The translations under genes and the position numbers were made by a program. Shown in pieces: positions 12,811 to 26,981 of a stretch of DNA of 64,000 nt (positions are counted from its first letter, which is position 1; each line of letters starts with the position of its first letter). The notes under the pieces are model-generated. The model was not told where the DNA came from. It did not search any database and saw only the letters and a list, made by a program, of their open reading frames with translations. The stretch is from Octopus vulgaris (taxonomy: Eukaryota). Where the stretch lies: NCBI GenBank assembly GCA_951406725.2, contig OX597816.1, positions 72,168,001 to 72,232,000 on the forward strand, in the 5' to 3' direction.

Positions 12811-13399
12811 CACACACGCATACACATACATATACAACTACATACACATACAACTACATACAAACACGTGTGTGTTTGTTATTAGTAAAAAAGGCGCCAA
12901 AACTCAACTCACTTATCATTCCAACACATTTGCAAAGACACACGGACGGACAGAAAAGGTAAATTAGTTTTTATTTTACTCTGTATATATTTTATTATAT
13001 AATATTATATATAGATATATGTATATATAATTGCAGTATGAAACAGTGTTTATGTATAAACAGACGACACTTATATATAGTTACCAAGCCGCCCGAATTT
13101 ACCTATTCATATTTAAATGAGAATATCAGAGCAAATCTCTTTAGTACATTCGTGAAAACACGTATTATACTTCGTAAACACTTCAACTACAGTTTTGTAC
13201 AAAAATCAAAGTGTAATTTTAATTCCGTGGATTATGGGAGATTTTTTTTCCGAAATTTGTTCCTATTGTGTTTTCAAAATTTGTAATTCTGACAAAAAAT
13301 GGATACGAATTTCATTATATCAAGCAGCGAGTCAGAATTCGAAGGATTTTCTACTGAAGACCTTCATAAATCTAACTCTATGACTGAAAAAAAAAGCAT

Positions 13400-13792
13400 C
13401 TTTATATAAGAGTGAAGTTGTGTGTCTGTCTCCTACGATTTAGATTCATAACTACTCCCACATTTTGCGGTGCAGTTTAACCAAAACCGGGTATCTTATA
13501 GTCGTGATTCATATCGAGCCCTTCTGGGTATTAGCGTGCGTCTACGATGAGTCTACGATTTAAAAAAAAATTACCATCATATTTTTCCATTTTAATGCAT
13601 TTTTTCGCTTTTATATAAGGGAAGTAACTCTCTAAAAATATCTACGATGTGTCAACGATTAAAAAAAAAATTACCTTAATTTTTTTTCAATTTTTAATGC
13701 ATTTTTTTGCTATTTTTTGGCTATAACTCTCTAAAAATGCTTATATAGTTATTTCCCTTACAAACCCGAGCAACGCCGGGCGATACTGCTAG
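13400..13792 (+). mobile_element. Non-autonomous Helitron
   Basis: A|TC start, subterminal hairpin CCCGAGCAACGCCGGG, CTAG|T end, no TSD. Sister copy at 15513-15907. Confidence 0.85.
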
Positions 13793-14245
13793 TCTTATTA
13801 TAAAAGGCAGATTTTATCTGCCTCTCTTTGTCAGTTATAGAAATCTACAATATAGGATTTCTTCAATTACAATTTACCTAGCATTTTTAAGAGTAGAATG
13901 CATCGAGTCATGCAAGGTCCAGTTTTTAAAATTTAAACTCCAATTAAGCAAAATTTACAGAAAACTCACATTCTGGTGTGTAAGTCAAATGCTTTTCTTA
14001 ATGTGGTTTACACCACACGCACACACACAGTGTGCAACGAATAAAATGAAAGTAATTCACTGTGTGCGTGTTGACAGGTAGACAATAGAATGCGATGGCG
14101 ATGTAATATTTGTTTCTGTCTATCACGCTGATAGATACATGAGTAAAATGTATGGCAAGCTAAGAGATAAGAGTGAGTGAAAATGTTCTTGGAAGAGAGT
14201 AAATAGTGAGAGTGATTTGAGGAAGACTTTACATTAAATAACCAT
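13793..14245 (+). mobile_element. Second copy of the 12235 Helitron-like family, abutting the previous element
   Basis: TCTTATTATAAAAGGCAG begins directly after CTAG. 14065-14240 recurs at ~38130-38322. Confidence 0.55.
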
Positions 14246-14270
14246 AGTGGCTTGTATATATATATATATA

Positions 14271-14535
14271 CATAAGACAGTAAGGTGTGATTTGAGGGAG
14301 ATTTGGCTGCTATTTCTACCATGTCTAGCTGCCATGTAGGGGTCTCCCTCATAGGCTCATACATACATATATACATAGATAAGACAGTAAGGTGTGATTT
14401 GGGGGAAATTTGGCTGCTATTTCTACCAGGTCTAGCTACCATGTAGAGGTCCCCCTCATTGGCTCATATATATATACATACATAAGACAGTAAGGTGTGA
14501 TTTGAGGGAGATTTGGCTGCTGTTTCTACCAGGTC
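14271..14535 (+). repeat. ~105-bp tandem repeat, 2.5 copies
   Basis: ATAAGACAGTAAGGTGTGATTTG(A/G)GGGA(G/A)ATTTGGCTGCT at ~14272, 14379, 14482. Confidence 0.85.
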
Positions 14536-14825
14536 TGTTAGGCCTTCTCATGTAAACTCAAGCTTTCTCATGCCTTGAACATAAGACCAAAGCAGAGAAT
14601 GTATTCTTTTATTCTTCTGCTTTTTCCAGCCATTGGTCTGTGGCCATGCTGGGGCAATGCCTTGAAGAATTGTAGTTTAATGAATCAACTCCAGTTTTAT
14701 TTTTGTAAGCATTGTACTTATTCTATCCGTTTCCTTTGTCAAACCACTAGGTGACAGGGATGTAAACAAACCAACATTCGTTGTCAAGCAGTGGTGGAGG
14801 ACAATCACAAGCACAGGCACGCACG

Positions 14826-14910
<85 letters not shown>

Positions 14911-15051
14911 ACCCACACATACATACATACATACATACATACATACATCCATACATACATACATACATACATACATACATACATACATACATACATACAT
15001 ACATACATACATACATACATACATACATACATACATACATACATACATACA

Positions 15052-15087
<36 letters not shown>

Positions 15088-15101
15088 TGTGTATATATAT
15101 A

Positions 15102-15425
15102 TTGCAGCGTGGAAGGTGTTTGTAAGCCATTTAAGAAACACACAAAAACCGTTAGATTCACTTCAACATTTAAATTTAATTTGCCAAAATATTTTCCTCG
15201 CTTTGAGACCGCGACCTGTTCACTGACAAAAATATCGTGCTAACAGGTCGCGGTCTCAAAGCGACGAAAATATTTTGACAAATTAAATTTAAATGTTGAA
15301 GTGAATCTAACGGTTTTTGTGTGTTTCTTAAATGGCTTATAAACACCTTCAACGCTGCAACTGTTTTCGTTCCAGCACACGATCTCAGATCAAGTCACTT
15401 GCTATGCAAGTACATCTCTGTAACT
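15102..15425. mobile_element. PLE-type inverted terminal repeat (hammerhead family c)
   Basis: 119-bp near-perfect inverted arms 15102-15220 / 15242-15360 with a 21-bp spacer, flanked by (TA)n. Confidence 0.75.
15180..15230 (-). ncRNA. Minimal hammerhead motif with G3:C8 core swap
   Basis: Minus strand UUUGUCA-GUGAACA-G-GUCGC-GGUCUCAAA-GCGAG-GAAA-AUAUUU^UGGCAAA. The opposite arm retains GCGAC and UGACAAA. Confidence 0.62.
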
Positions 15426-15512
15426 ATATATATATATATATATGTATATTGGTAAAAACAGTAAGATAACAAAAGAAAGAAAGAGACCTCAATATTATGT
15501 AAATAGAGGAAA

Positions 15513-15907
15513 TCTTTATATATAAAAGTGAGGTTGTGTGTCTGTCTCCTACGATTTAGATTCCTAACTACTCCCACATTTTGCAGTGCAGTTTAACCAA
15601 AAGCGGGTATCTTATAGTCGTGATTCATATCGAGACCGTCTGGGTATTAGCGCGCGTCTACGATGAGTCTACGATTTAAAAAAAAATTTACCATCAATTT
15701 TACCCATTTTTAATCCATTTTTGACAAATATAAGGGAAGTAACTCTCTAAAATTTATTATTAAATCTCAGAACGTAAAAAGCTACAGTAACACCCCTCCC
15801 CCTTTGTGGTTAGCCATATTGAGATGGCTATTATACTTTACATCTCTAAAAATGCTTATATAATTATTTCCCTTACAAACCCGAGCAACGCCGGGCGATA
15901 CTGCTAG
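15513..15907 (+). mobile_element. Non-autonomous Helitron
   Basis: A|TC start, CCCGAGCAACGCCGGG hairpin, CTAG|T end. Confidence 0.85.
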
Positions 15908-15984
15908 TATATATATATATATATATATAAACATAGATTCATCGTATATATATATATACACACGCACAAACATAAGTGTGTGTG

Positions 15985-16026
<42 letters not shown>

Positions 16027-16238
16027 CGCAAAGACACAAACATGCAAAAGTATGCATGTATATATGTATATATATAAACACACAAACATAGGTATTTATA
16101 TATTCACACACAAACACATATATATACACACACACAAACACACACATATACACACACACAAACCCATATACATGCACACACGCATACGTACATACATATG
16201 TATATATATACACACATGTACATAAACATCATACGTAT

Positions 16239-17374
<1,136 letters not shown>

Positions 17375-18240
17375 TTCTAAAATATAGTCTATTTTGTCTC
17401 TTCCTTCCAATAAATCTTTCTTTTCTTGCTGTCGTTCATACGCTTCAGCATCAACTAATTCCAGTTCGCCTCCTCTCTCTCTTCACCACCACTATCATAA
17501 TCAACCCTATACAAGCAATGTCAGCCTCACCCTCAACAACACCAAAAGAAATACAAAATAAAAGAAAAATTCAGAAAAAATACAAAGAAGCTTAAGGACT
17601 ATGATATAATAAGTCATTCAATTTTTTTTCTTTTCGTCAACCAACAGATTTTTCTTAATATTTTTCTTTTTTACATTGCAATTCTTTTATTTATTATTTT
17701 CACGTATTTATACTCATTTTTCAGTCCTTTCACTGATTATTTTGAAAAATATCTCAATTTTCCTTCCTTCCTCCAAACTTATAACATTCTGTAGGATAAT
17801 TTTCAAACTTTTCAACCATTTTGAATCTCTGCTGTAATCCATCAACGAAAATAAATCAGATTCTTCTCCGAAAATGCCCTTTCTTCTCTGTTCCATATTT
17901 TTCAATATTTTTTTTTTTTATTTTCATTATTTTTTTTTACAATACAGAAATTCAAGTACCCAGCTTTCTTTCACTGAACAGCGTGCATAACCCTTCCACA
18001 AAGATACAATTATGTCTCTCTCTTTACACACACATTATTATTATTATTATTATTTCTAAATTTCTCTAAAAGGAGACTACGGCAGCAGTAATGGGTATTA
18101 ATAGCTATCGCCAAGCTAACATGGCAGTCCAGAAATATAGGACAAATGCTACCGTTGATTAGCTACGAAAGGCTATCGCCTCTAGTTCAACATCCACAGA
18201 TCGGTTTCGGTGTGTGTGTGTATATATATATAGTTGGAAT

Positions 18241-18279
<39 letters not shown>

Positions 18280-18283
<4 letters not shown>

Positions 18284-18420
18284 CAAAAACAAAACAAAAG
18301 ACGAAGACGGGTATGTGAACAACAAACAGATGTATTAGTCTAACGCTCGGGAAGTGAGAGAGTCTTTTACGTTTCGAGCCTACGCTCTTCAACAGAAAGG
18401 AACACAGAAATAAGCAGAGA
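18280..18420 (-). mobile_element. Family b element, hammerhead-like motif at 18364-18399
   Basis: CUUU-CUGUUGA-A-GAGC-GUAG-GCUC-GAAAC-GUA^AAAG with a perfect 4-bp stem I. Confidence 0.7.
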
Positions 18421-18756
18421 GAGAAAGGTTTAGTGGCCAGTGATCAATCATGGCGAATACCGGACAGAGGTGGTCAGACAGGAGAGCTAGGAAGAAGGGG
18501 AGATGAAAAAGTAGAGATGATCTCAAAACGAAGGTGCGCGTGTGTGTATATGTGAGAGCGTGCATGCGCATGTGGATAGGGGCTGGTGACCTTGACGTGT
18601 GCGTGCGTGCATGTGTAGGTGTGTGGATTAACATCAATTCTTCATATCAAACTTATGAAGTCTACACAGCCATTTGAATGTCTCAATATCAACTTCAAAG
18701 CTGCTCACCCACAATAACTCACCTCACAATTTGTTTGTATTTATAGGTGAATACGT

Positions 18757-19055
18757 GGAGGCACATGGCTTAGTGGTTAGAGCAGCGGACTCGCGGTCGA
18801 AGGATCGCGGGTTCGAATCTTAGACCGGTCGATGTGTGTGTGTTTATGAGCGAAACACCTAAGCTCCACGCGGCTCCGGCAGAAGGTTATGGCGAACCTT
18901 TGCTGACACTTTCGCCACAACTTTCTCTCACTCTTTTCTCCTGCATCTTGCAGCTCACCCGCGACGGACCGGCGTTCCGCCCAGGTGGGGAACCTATACG
19001 CCAAGGAAACCGGTCCTAATGAGCCAGGCGTGGCTCGAGAAGAAACAAACAACAA
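18757..19055 (+). mobile_element. tRNA-derived SINE family D
   Basis: GGAGGCACATGGCTTAGTGGTTAGAGCAGCGGACTCGCGGTCG...GGGTTCGAATC. Related copies at 49420, 57505, 62105. Confidence 0.85.
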
Positions 19056-19520
19056 TAGGTGACTACACGAAGTTTCTCCCCTTTGTATTTGTATAATCAC
19101 ATACGGCAGCTCATTCTGTAATTCTCTGCCATCAAAATATATTTTTCGTGTTTGGTGCTTCCAGCTTCACTCCACACAGATTCCAACCTAACACTTAAAA
19201 AAAAACTATTGATCCTGTATAAGGAAAGGAACGTGCAGAGTCGTATCGCTGGGCAAATTGCTTACCTGCAAGTCGTCCGATTTTACGTTCTGAGTTCAAA
19301 TGCCGCCGGTGTTGACTTAGATTTTTATCCTTCCAGGGTCGATAAAATTAGTAGTACCAGTGGAGCACTGGGGTCGATGTAATCGTCTTACCCTCTCCCT
19401 CGAAATTACTGGCCTTCTGCCAAAACATGAAACTAACGTTGATCCTATATTATGTATATAAATTAAATATCACATGTATTATATTTATACACATAATACA
19501 TATTATATAATGCATATATA

Positions 19521-20732
19521 CTGGGTTGTTTGACAAGCTAGTTCGTTTCTTTCCAATATTATTTGAATTAAAATGAAGGATATTTTTATCGTAGTAATTT
19601 ATGATTCGTTTTGTAGCTCTTCTCTTCTAGACTTTCGTTTATCGTTTTCAGTCATATGACGTTGGAGTCCCAGGAAGAAAAACAAATGAACGTTTTCGAC
19701 TCTTGCTTCTCTTCGCTTTTAGTCACTGTTCCAAAGCTTCCAAATTCGCTCGAGACATTTGTGCTGTGTACGGATAAGGTACTATGACTGAAAGAACTGC
19801 ACAGAAATGGTTTTCACGCTTCTAGGAAGAGAAATTCGACCTTACAGACTTACCACGTTCCGGTTGATCTGTTTAGTTCAATGAGGATCGATTGAACCAG
19901 CTCATCAACGAGGATTCATGCGAATCTACAGAAGCTTTGATCCAGCAGACAGGATGTTGTTATTGTGTTGTCGCCTTTCACTTTCACTCGAAGGCTAAAG
20001 TCTGAAAATTCGGTGCATGGGGGTTACACACTTTGATCGAAAAAGACTAACTCCAGCGCTCCTCTATCGTTGGTAGTTTGTTCGCTCGAGACCAGACTAC
20101 TTGTGGACACAAAAAATTTCTTTACGATATCGTCACAGGTGATAAAAACTGGGGTTTTTACGTCAATATGAATCAGAGGAAAGAATGGCCGAATCCCAAC
20201 AAGCAAACAACACCATGAGCCAAGCCAGAGCTGCGTCGACGCAAGACAATGACCTGTGTTTGGTGGAATTAGGAAGAGCCAATCTACTACGAAATGATTG
20301 AACACAGCCATACGGTCAACGCTGATGTACCGATACAACGAAGCAATCGACCCGACTGGCGACATGGTGTATTTCCTCAACACGACAACGCTCGCTCCAA
20401 CTTCACTAATTTGACCAAAAATGTGATTCAGGAGATTGGTTGAGAAGTTCTGCGACATCCACTGTATCCTCTAGATTTAGTACCCTCAGATTATCCCTTT
20501 TCCGGTCGCTCTCCAACGGCATGCGAGTAGTTTTTTTTCAAGAACGACGTGGCACTGAAAACGTGGTACGATGAATTCATCCAGTCGAGAGCCGGGGATT
20601 TCTACCATCAAAGCACTTACAAGCTAATGAAACGTTGGCAAGAGGCTGAGGACAACGAAGGAAAATATATTATTGACCGATTTGGAAAAATTATGATTAA
20701 AATAAATGAAAAAAAAGACGAAGGAATTTATC
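19521..20732 (+). mobile_element. Degenerate near-full-length mariner
   Basis: TA|CTGGGTTG TIR. Broken frames give TERTAQKWF, IVTGDKNW, QHDNARS, HPLYPLDLVPSDY, KLMKRWQE..EGKYII. Right TIR cut by a SINE. Confidence 0.85.
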
Positions 20733-20741
20733 TCACTGCCC

Positions 20742-20867
20742 GTTGCTTACCAACCACATGGTTCCGGTTTCAGTTCCACTGCGTAGCACCTTGGGCAAGT
20801 GTCTTCTACTACAGTATCGGGCCGACCAAAGCCTTGTGAGTGGATTTGGTAGACGGAAACTGAATTA

Positions 20868-20903
<36 letters not shown>

Positions 20904-21490
20904 TGTATGTCCCCCCAACATCGCTTGACAACCGATGCTCGTGTGTTTGCGTCCCCGTAACTTGGCGGTTCGGCAAAAGACAACGATAGAATAAGTACTA
21001 GGCTTACAAAGAATAAGTCTTGGGGTCGATTTTCTCGACTAAAGGCGGTGCTTCAGCATGGCTGCGGTCAAATGACTGAAACAAGTAAAAGAGTATGATT
21101 TATGTTTTGTGTATAGATTGGTGCTGGTGTGGTTGTGAGGGTTAAGAAGTTCGCTTTGCAACGAGCGGTTTCGAGTTCAGTTCCACTGCACGGCACATTG
21201 AACAATTATCTTCTATTATAGCCTTGTGAATGAATTTGGTCGACGGAAAATGCGTGAAAGCTCGTTGTGTGTGAGTGTGTGTGTGTTTGTACCCCTACCC
21301 AGTACTTGACAACCGGTGTTGTTTTGATTACGTCCCTGTAACTTAACGCTTCTATAGAGCAAGTAAAAGGTGTGTGTGTATGTGTGAGTGTTTGTCCCTC
21401 TACCCAGCGCTTGAAACCGGTGTTGTTTTGATAACGTTCCTATAACTTAGCGATTCTATAGAACAAGAACTAAACTGAAACAAGTAAAAG
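20742..21490 (+). mobile_element. SINE family B copy plus a diverged second copy
   Basis: 20742-21093 matches 10062-10460. 21120-21490 is diverged and has an internal duplication. Confidence 0.85.
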
Positions 21491-22404
21491 ATGTGTGTGT
21501 GTGTGTGTCGTGTATGTATATATATATATAGGTGCCATCTATATTATACGTATCATGTATATGTTACACTATATATTACATAAAATTGCGTAACATCAAG
21601 TACCATAAGGCACCTGAGACTGTATCAAATTGAGTTTAGTCTGTATTTGAACCCCGAGCAGAAAAGTACTTTATTCCACTTCACACGTATGTATTTCGAA
21701 TCTACATATGAACTGATAACTTTCTCATTCTCTCCTCCTTTCTCATTTACATGCATGCAGAGAAATTTATATAACTAGATTTTTTCATTCCCTCCTCACC
21801 CACAAGCATTCACACATACACACACACACACTGATATATAGACGTATACATGCACAGAGTAGAGTTTGCAAATGTGTGTATGTTTACAAATGTTTACACA
21901 CACACACACATATATATATGTATATTCTTATAGAAGTATTCACACGCACCACACATACACGTTTATGCACATATACATATATGCATATTTCCGTATCTCT
22001 TCAAGCGTTAAGTTCTATTTGGTGATGTAACTACAAGCAGAAGTAGCTGGGGTGTTGTTGAAATATATCGCTAAACATAACTAATGCTGCCAATAAGATA
22101 ACATGTTTCTACAGCCTTAAAATAGGAAATTTAACGTATTTAGTCTATCTCTCTTCAGTTTGCAATTTCCGATTGTCACAAATAGATAAATGCATTTATG
22201 CATTTAATTTTCGCTCTGCACTTAAGTCCGATTGAGAGATAGATAGATAGATAGATCAACTGAAAACCTATCTATCTATCTGTCTATGCATCTATATCTA
22301 TCAATCTATCTATCTATCTATCTATCTATCTATATCTGTCTATGTATCTATCTATCTATCTATATCTGTCTATGTATCTATCTATCTATCTATATCTGTC
22401 TATG

Positions 22405-22435
<31 letters not shown>

Positions 22436-22552
22436 ATCTGTCTATGTATCTATCTATCTATCTATCTAGCTAGCTAGCTATCGATAAATTGTTATTCAGT
22501 TTTATCATACATAAAACGTACATGATACACACATAGATACTTACATATTTAC

Positions 22553-22613
<61 letters not shown>

Positions 22614-22783
22614 ATGTGTGTATGGAGGGAGAGAGAGAGGAGACGAGGAGTGTGTATATACATACATACATACTGGATATATATATATATATTACATATG
22701 TGTGTGTGTATGGGGAGAGAGAGAGAGGAGACCAGGAATGAGTATATACATACATACATACATACATACATACACCAACACAC

Positions 22784-22824
<41 letters not shown>

Positions 22825-23144
22825 AGTTGCATACAAAGCTATACATGTATTTTTTTTACACACCACACACCTGACATGTTGAATGAAATTTAATCGAAAT
22901 AAGCTACATTATTAACTCTTGAAATATATGTATGAAAATAATGTTATAATATAGATAAGAAGTGAAATAACTTCGAGAACAGATCAAAACAGAACACAAC
23001 AAACAACGGCGACTGCAACGGCAAAACGCATCCAAAACAACAAAGATGGCGACGACGACCAGGAAAGTAACAAGGAACGGGGAAAAAAACAAAAAACAAA
23101 AAGAAATAATAACTCAATAAGTTTCAAAAGAACAACAAAACAAC

Positions 23145-23675
23145 TACTTCTATCGTCATCTCTACCACCACTACTACTACTACCATTAGCACCACCACAA
23201 CTACTACCACCATTACCACTACCACTACTACTACGTTTACCACCACCACAACCATTACCACTACTACGACGACCACCACCAATATTACTAATACTACCAC
23301 CACCACCAATACTACTACCACTACTGCTACTACCACCGCTACTACCTTCATCACTACTACTGCTACAACAGCAACCACAACTGCTACTACAAGATCACCA
23401 CCACTAGTATTATCCTTATTGCGACAACTTCAACCACTATCCCATCCCAGCCCGACACCAGCAACATCGAAACCATCTCCACAACTGAAACCACTTTCGC
23501 TACCACAATCACCACCACCCCTACTACAATAACAACCATCACTGCGATCACCACCTCCACCACAACGACTATCACCGCAACCACAATTCCAACCACCGCC
23601 ACCATTCCGATCATCATCCCTACCACGACCATCACACCGACTACTACGACTATTGGTTGACATCAACAACGCCCG
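23145..23675. repeat. Degenerate (ACC/ACT)n trinucleotide tract
   Basis: Low-complexity triplets that explain the poly-Val ORFs. Confidence 0.85.
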
Positions 23676-23834
23676 CAATAACAGGAACCATTTTGTGGTC
23701 GCTGGACTTGCAAGGAATCAAAATCGCATCTCCCTCAAATCTTGATTTGTTGCCTTGGTAACCGATTTTCTTGCTGTGTAATATGGTTAGTAAGGAAAGA
23801 ACATATTAAATAATGTGCATATGGCTTCACTCGC

Positions 23835-24672
23835 CTTCAAAGTATTCTCTGTTTCAAGCAATGCATCGGTCTAGATGCATTTTCCACTGTTCGAAGTAGT
23901 ACTTGAACTCTTGCGAAGCCTTTTAACGCTGCCGTGGTTTTTTCTTCACCTCTTCCACATCTGCAAATTCCGTAGCACCAGCTTTCGTCACCAGTGGTGA
24001 TCTTCGGAAAAAAGTTCGGATCAACATCCAACTGTTCTTTCAGTTCACGATACGCATTCAGTCGTGACTGCTTTTGATCTTCCGTGATCAAGCGAGGCAC
24101 AAATTTTGCCGCAATTCTTTTCATTGGCAGTTCCTCGCCTAAAATTCGTTGGCAGTTCCTCGCCTAAAATTCGTTGGCAGTATCTCCAGGACACACCAGT
24201 CATATCAACAAATTCGTCTATTGCTCAGTGACGGTCGTCCAAGATCAGTTCGTGAATTTTCGTGATGCTTTCGTTCGTTCGGGAGGTCGACGGTCGTCTT
24301 GAACTGGGTTGGTCTTCAAGTGACAAGTGACCATTCCTAAAGCATGAAAACCACTCGTAAACTTGTATTTTGCTCATGGCAGCGTCCTTGTAAGCTGTTT
24401 GAAGCATGACAACTTTTTCGGCCGCCATTTTCCGCAGCAGAAAACAGAACTTCATGGAGGTACGTTGTTCCTTCGTTTCAGCCATCGTAAAAATCGACGA
24501 ACAGAGAAGCACTGCAAAGCAAAGGCGCACCACGTGGGAGTTCGATACCTCTAGACGACGCCGGTCGGCAGACTAATGTCTGAGGGTGGCCCCAAGTGGG
24601 TTCTAGAGGTGGAAGCCTGAACTATAACGAGTTTGTCCCACAGGGAAAGTTTCCGGTTACTTTTGGGTACCC
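23835..24672 (-). mobile_element. Truncated mariner (irritans-like N-terminus)
   Basis: MAETKEQRTSMKFCFLL...VYEWFSCFRNG..LEDQPSSRRPSTS, then AAKFVPRLIT...KITTGDESWCYG. One TIR-like end near 24645-24672. Confidence 0.88.
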
Positions 24673-25041
24673 TGTGTCGTAAAGGAAACAAGGACAGTGT
24701 GATCACGGTTGGAATGCCTCTGATCAACAGGATTTAGGTTGACTTGGGAGCCAAACAGCAACTGCGATGACACGTCATAGAACGTGTCAAATGAACACAT
24801 CAACAAGTAGAGACTTAAAAATGGAACACTTGAAAACTCGTAGAACGATGATTTTTGAGGCAGTCTATCTATCTATCCATCCATCCACCTACCCATCCAT
24901 CTACCCACCCATCCATCTGTCTACCTACCTACCTACCTACCTATGCATGAACGTATGCACATCTGTACAAGCAGTATATACACACAGTAGCCGCTTCTTT
25001 TCGCTTTTCTTGTTTCAGTCATTGGACTCCTGCCAAATAAG

Positions 25042-25650
25042 GACGAATCCAGGTAAAAAAAAAGTCACAGGAGTTTTGTCTGGGAAGGGGGGTGGGGGGT
25101 CCGGATCCCATAAATTATAACTTTTTTTCCTAGCCAAAATTGTGACTTTATTACTGTGCCGTGTTTTTTCCTAGCCAAAATTGTGACTTTATTACTGTGC
25201 CGTGTTTTTTCCTAGCCAAAATTGTGACTTTATTACTGTGACGTTTTTTTCCTAGCCAAAATTGTGACTTTATTACTGTGCCGTGTTTTTTCCTAGCCAA
25301 AATTGTGACTTTATTACTGTGCCGCGTTTTTTCCTAGCCAAAATTGTGACTTTATTACTGTGCCGCGTTTTTTCCTAGCCAAAATTGTGACTTTATTACT
25401 GTGCCATGTTTTTTCCTAGCCAAAATTGTGACTATTACTGTGCCGTGTTTTTTCCTAGCCAAAATGCGACTTTATTACTGTGCCGTGTTTTTTCCTAGCC
25501 AAAATTGTGACTTTATTACTGTGCCGTGTTTTTTCCTAGCCAAAATGCGACTTTATTACTGTGCCGTGTTTTTTCCTAGCCAAAATTGTGACTTTATTAT
25601 TGTGACGTTTTTCTCTTGTGACTTTATTGCCGGTCGCCATCAAGGCACCA
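25042..25650. repeat. 41-bp minisatellite (~12 copies, 25129-25630) inside a probable TIR element
   Basis: Unit CCTAGCCAAAATTGTGACTTTATTACTGTGCCGTGTTTTTT. Left flank GGTAAAAAAAAAGTCACAGGAG is inverse to right flank CTCTTGTGACTTTATTGCC. Confidence 0.85.
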
Positions 25651-26148
25651 CAATGAAGATTGTAATCGAACAAATCGAGAGCAGTACGAATCTGTTATCC
25701 ATCATTTTTTTGCGTTTGGCACTTACCCTACCTGTCTGTTTTTTTCTCTTTTTCTTTTAATGAAAGAATAAGTTACAGGAATGTAAACAAACCAACACCA
25801 GTTCTCAAGTCAAGTGGTGGTGCAGGAGGAGAACACTCCCTCCCCTACACATACATAATGGCCTTTTACACAGTTTCCGTGAAGCAAATTCACTCGCAAA
25901 GTATTGGTTGGCTATATAGTACAAGACATTTGCTCAAAGTACCGCACAGTGGAACTGAACCCGAAATCATGTAATACAAAGCGAGTTTCTTAACCACCAA
26001 GCCAAGCCTGTGCGTAAGTATATATATATATATATACACACTTACATTATCAACCACCACCACAACCACTGCTACTACCACCACCAATACTACTGCTACC
26101 ACCACCACCACTACTACCATCATCACTACTACAACTACGAGATCACCA

Positions 26149-26206
<58 letters not shown>

Positions 26207-26829
26207 GGGGAGAGAGAGGGAGAGAGAGAGAAAGCGAGAGAGTGCTTGTGTCTGCATGAATGTGTAAGTGTGTGGGCAGATATGTGTTTGTGTGTATGTG
26301 CATCTGTGACCATGTAAAAAGTATGTAAATATTTTGTAGGCTTTTGTGCGTATATCTAACTATATACATACATACATAGGGAACTATATGCGCGCGCATT
26401 CTGCAGTCGGGGAGATAATAAGCTACAAAAATAAAATAATAAAATACAAACAGTAACAACAAAACAAATAAAAACAATGACAAAAACTTTCAAGTTATTG
26501 AAAAGGAAACTATTTTTCTTCGGTATTAGTTGTGAATATTAACTGAAATTTATTCGCCGTTTGACCTTTTTTTAACAGCTTTAATTTCCTCTAAAAAACG
26601 ACAGCAATAACAACAGCAATTACAACGTACGGACGCTCCCACACACGCACGCACATCTATGCGTATGAATTTGCATATTTACAACTCGTATGCATATGGA
26701 TAAGGCCCTACTTTCAAAGACAACCGCATTAGTGCCTATGTGTGTGTGTATGTATGTATGTATGTCAATCATATATATATATATGATTGACATACATACA
26801 TACACACACACACACATATATATATACAC

Positions 26830-26862
<33 letters not shown>

Positions 26863-26950
26863 TACATATATATATATACATATATATATATATACACACA
26901 CACATACATAGATATTTTTCATATATATATATATGAAAAATATCTATGTA

Positions 26951-26981
<31 letters not shown>

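Noticed and set aside
18757-18830. SINE heads as tRNA genes
   Set aside because: A/B boxes are present, but each runs into a conserved SINE body and lacks a full cloverleaf.
22092-22165. Minus-strand CUGAAGA...GAAAC-AU-GUU with palindromic ACAUGU
   Set aside because: Stem I does not pair and stem II is poor. At most a very decayed copy.
25129-25630. CRISPR-like periodicity (also 37518-37714)
   Set aside because: Head-to-tail units with no unique spacers and no cas genes, in a eukaryotic context.
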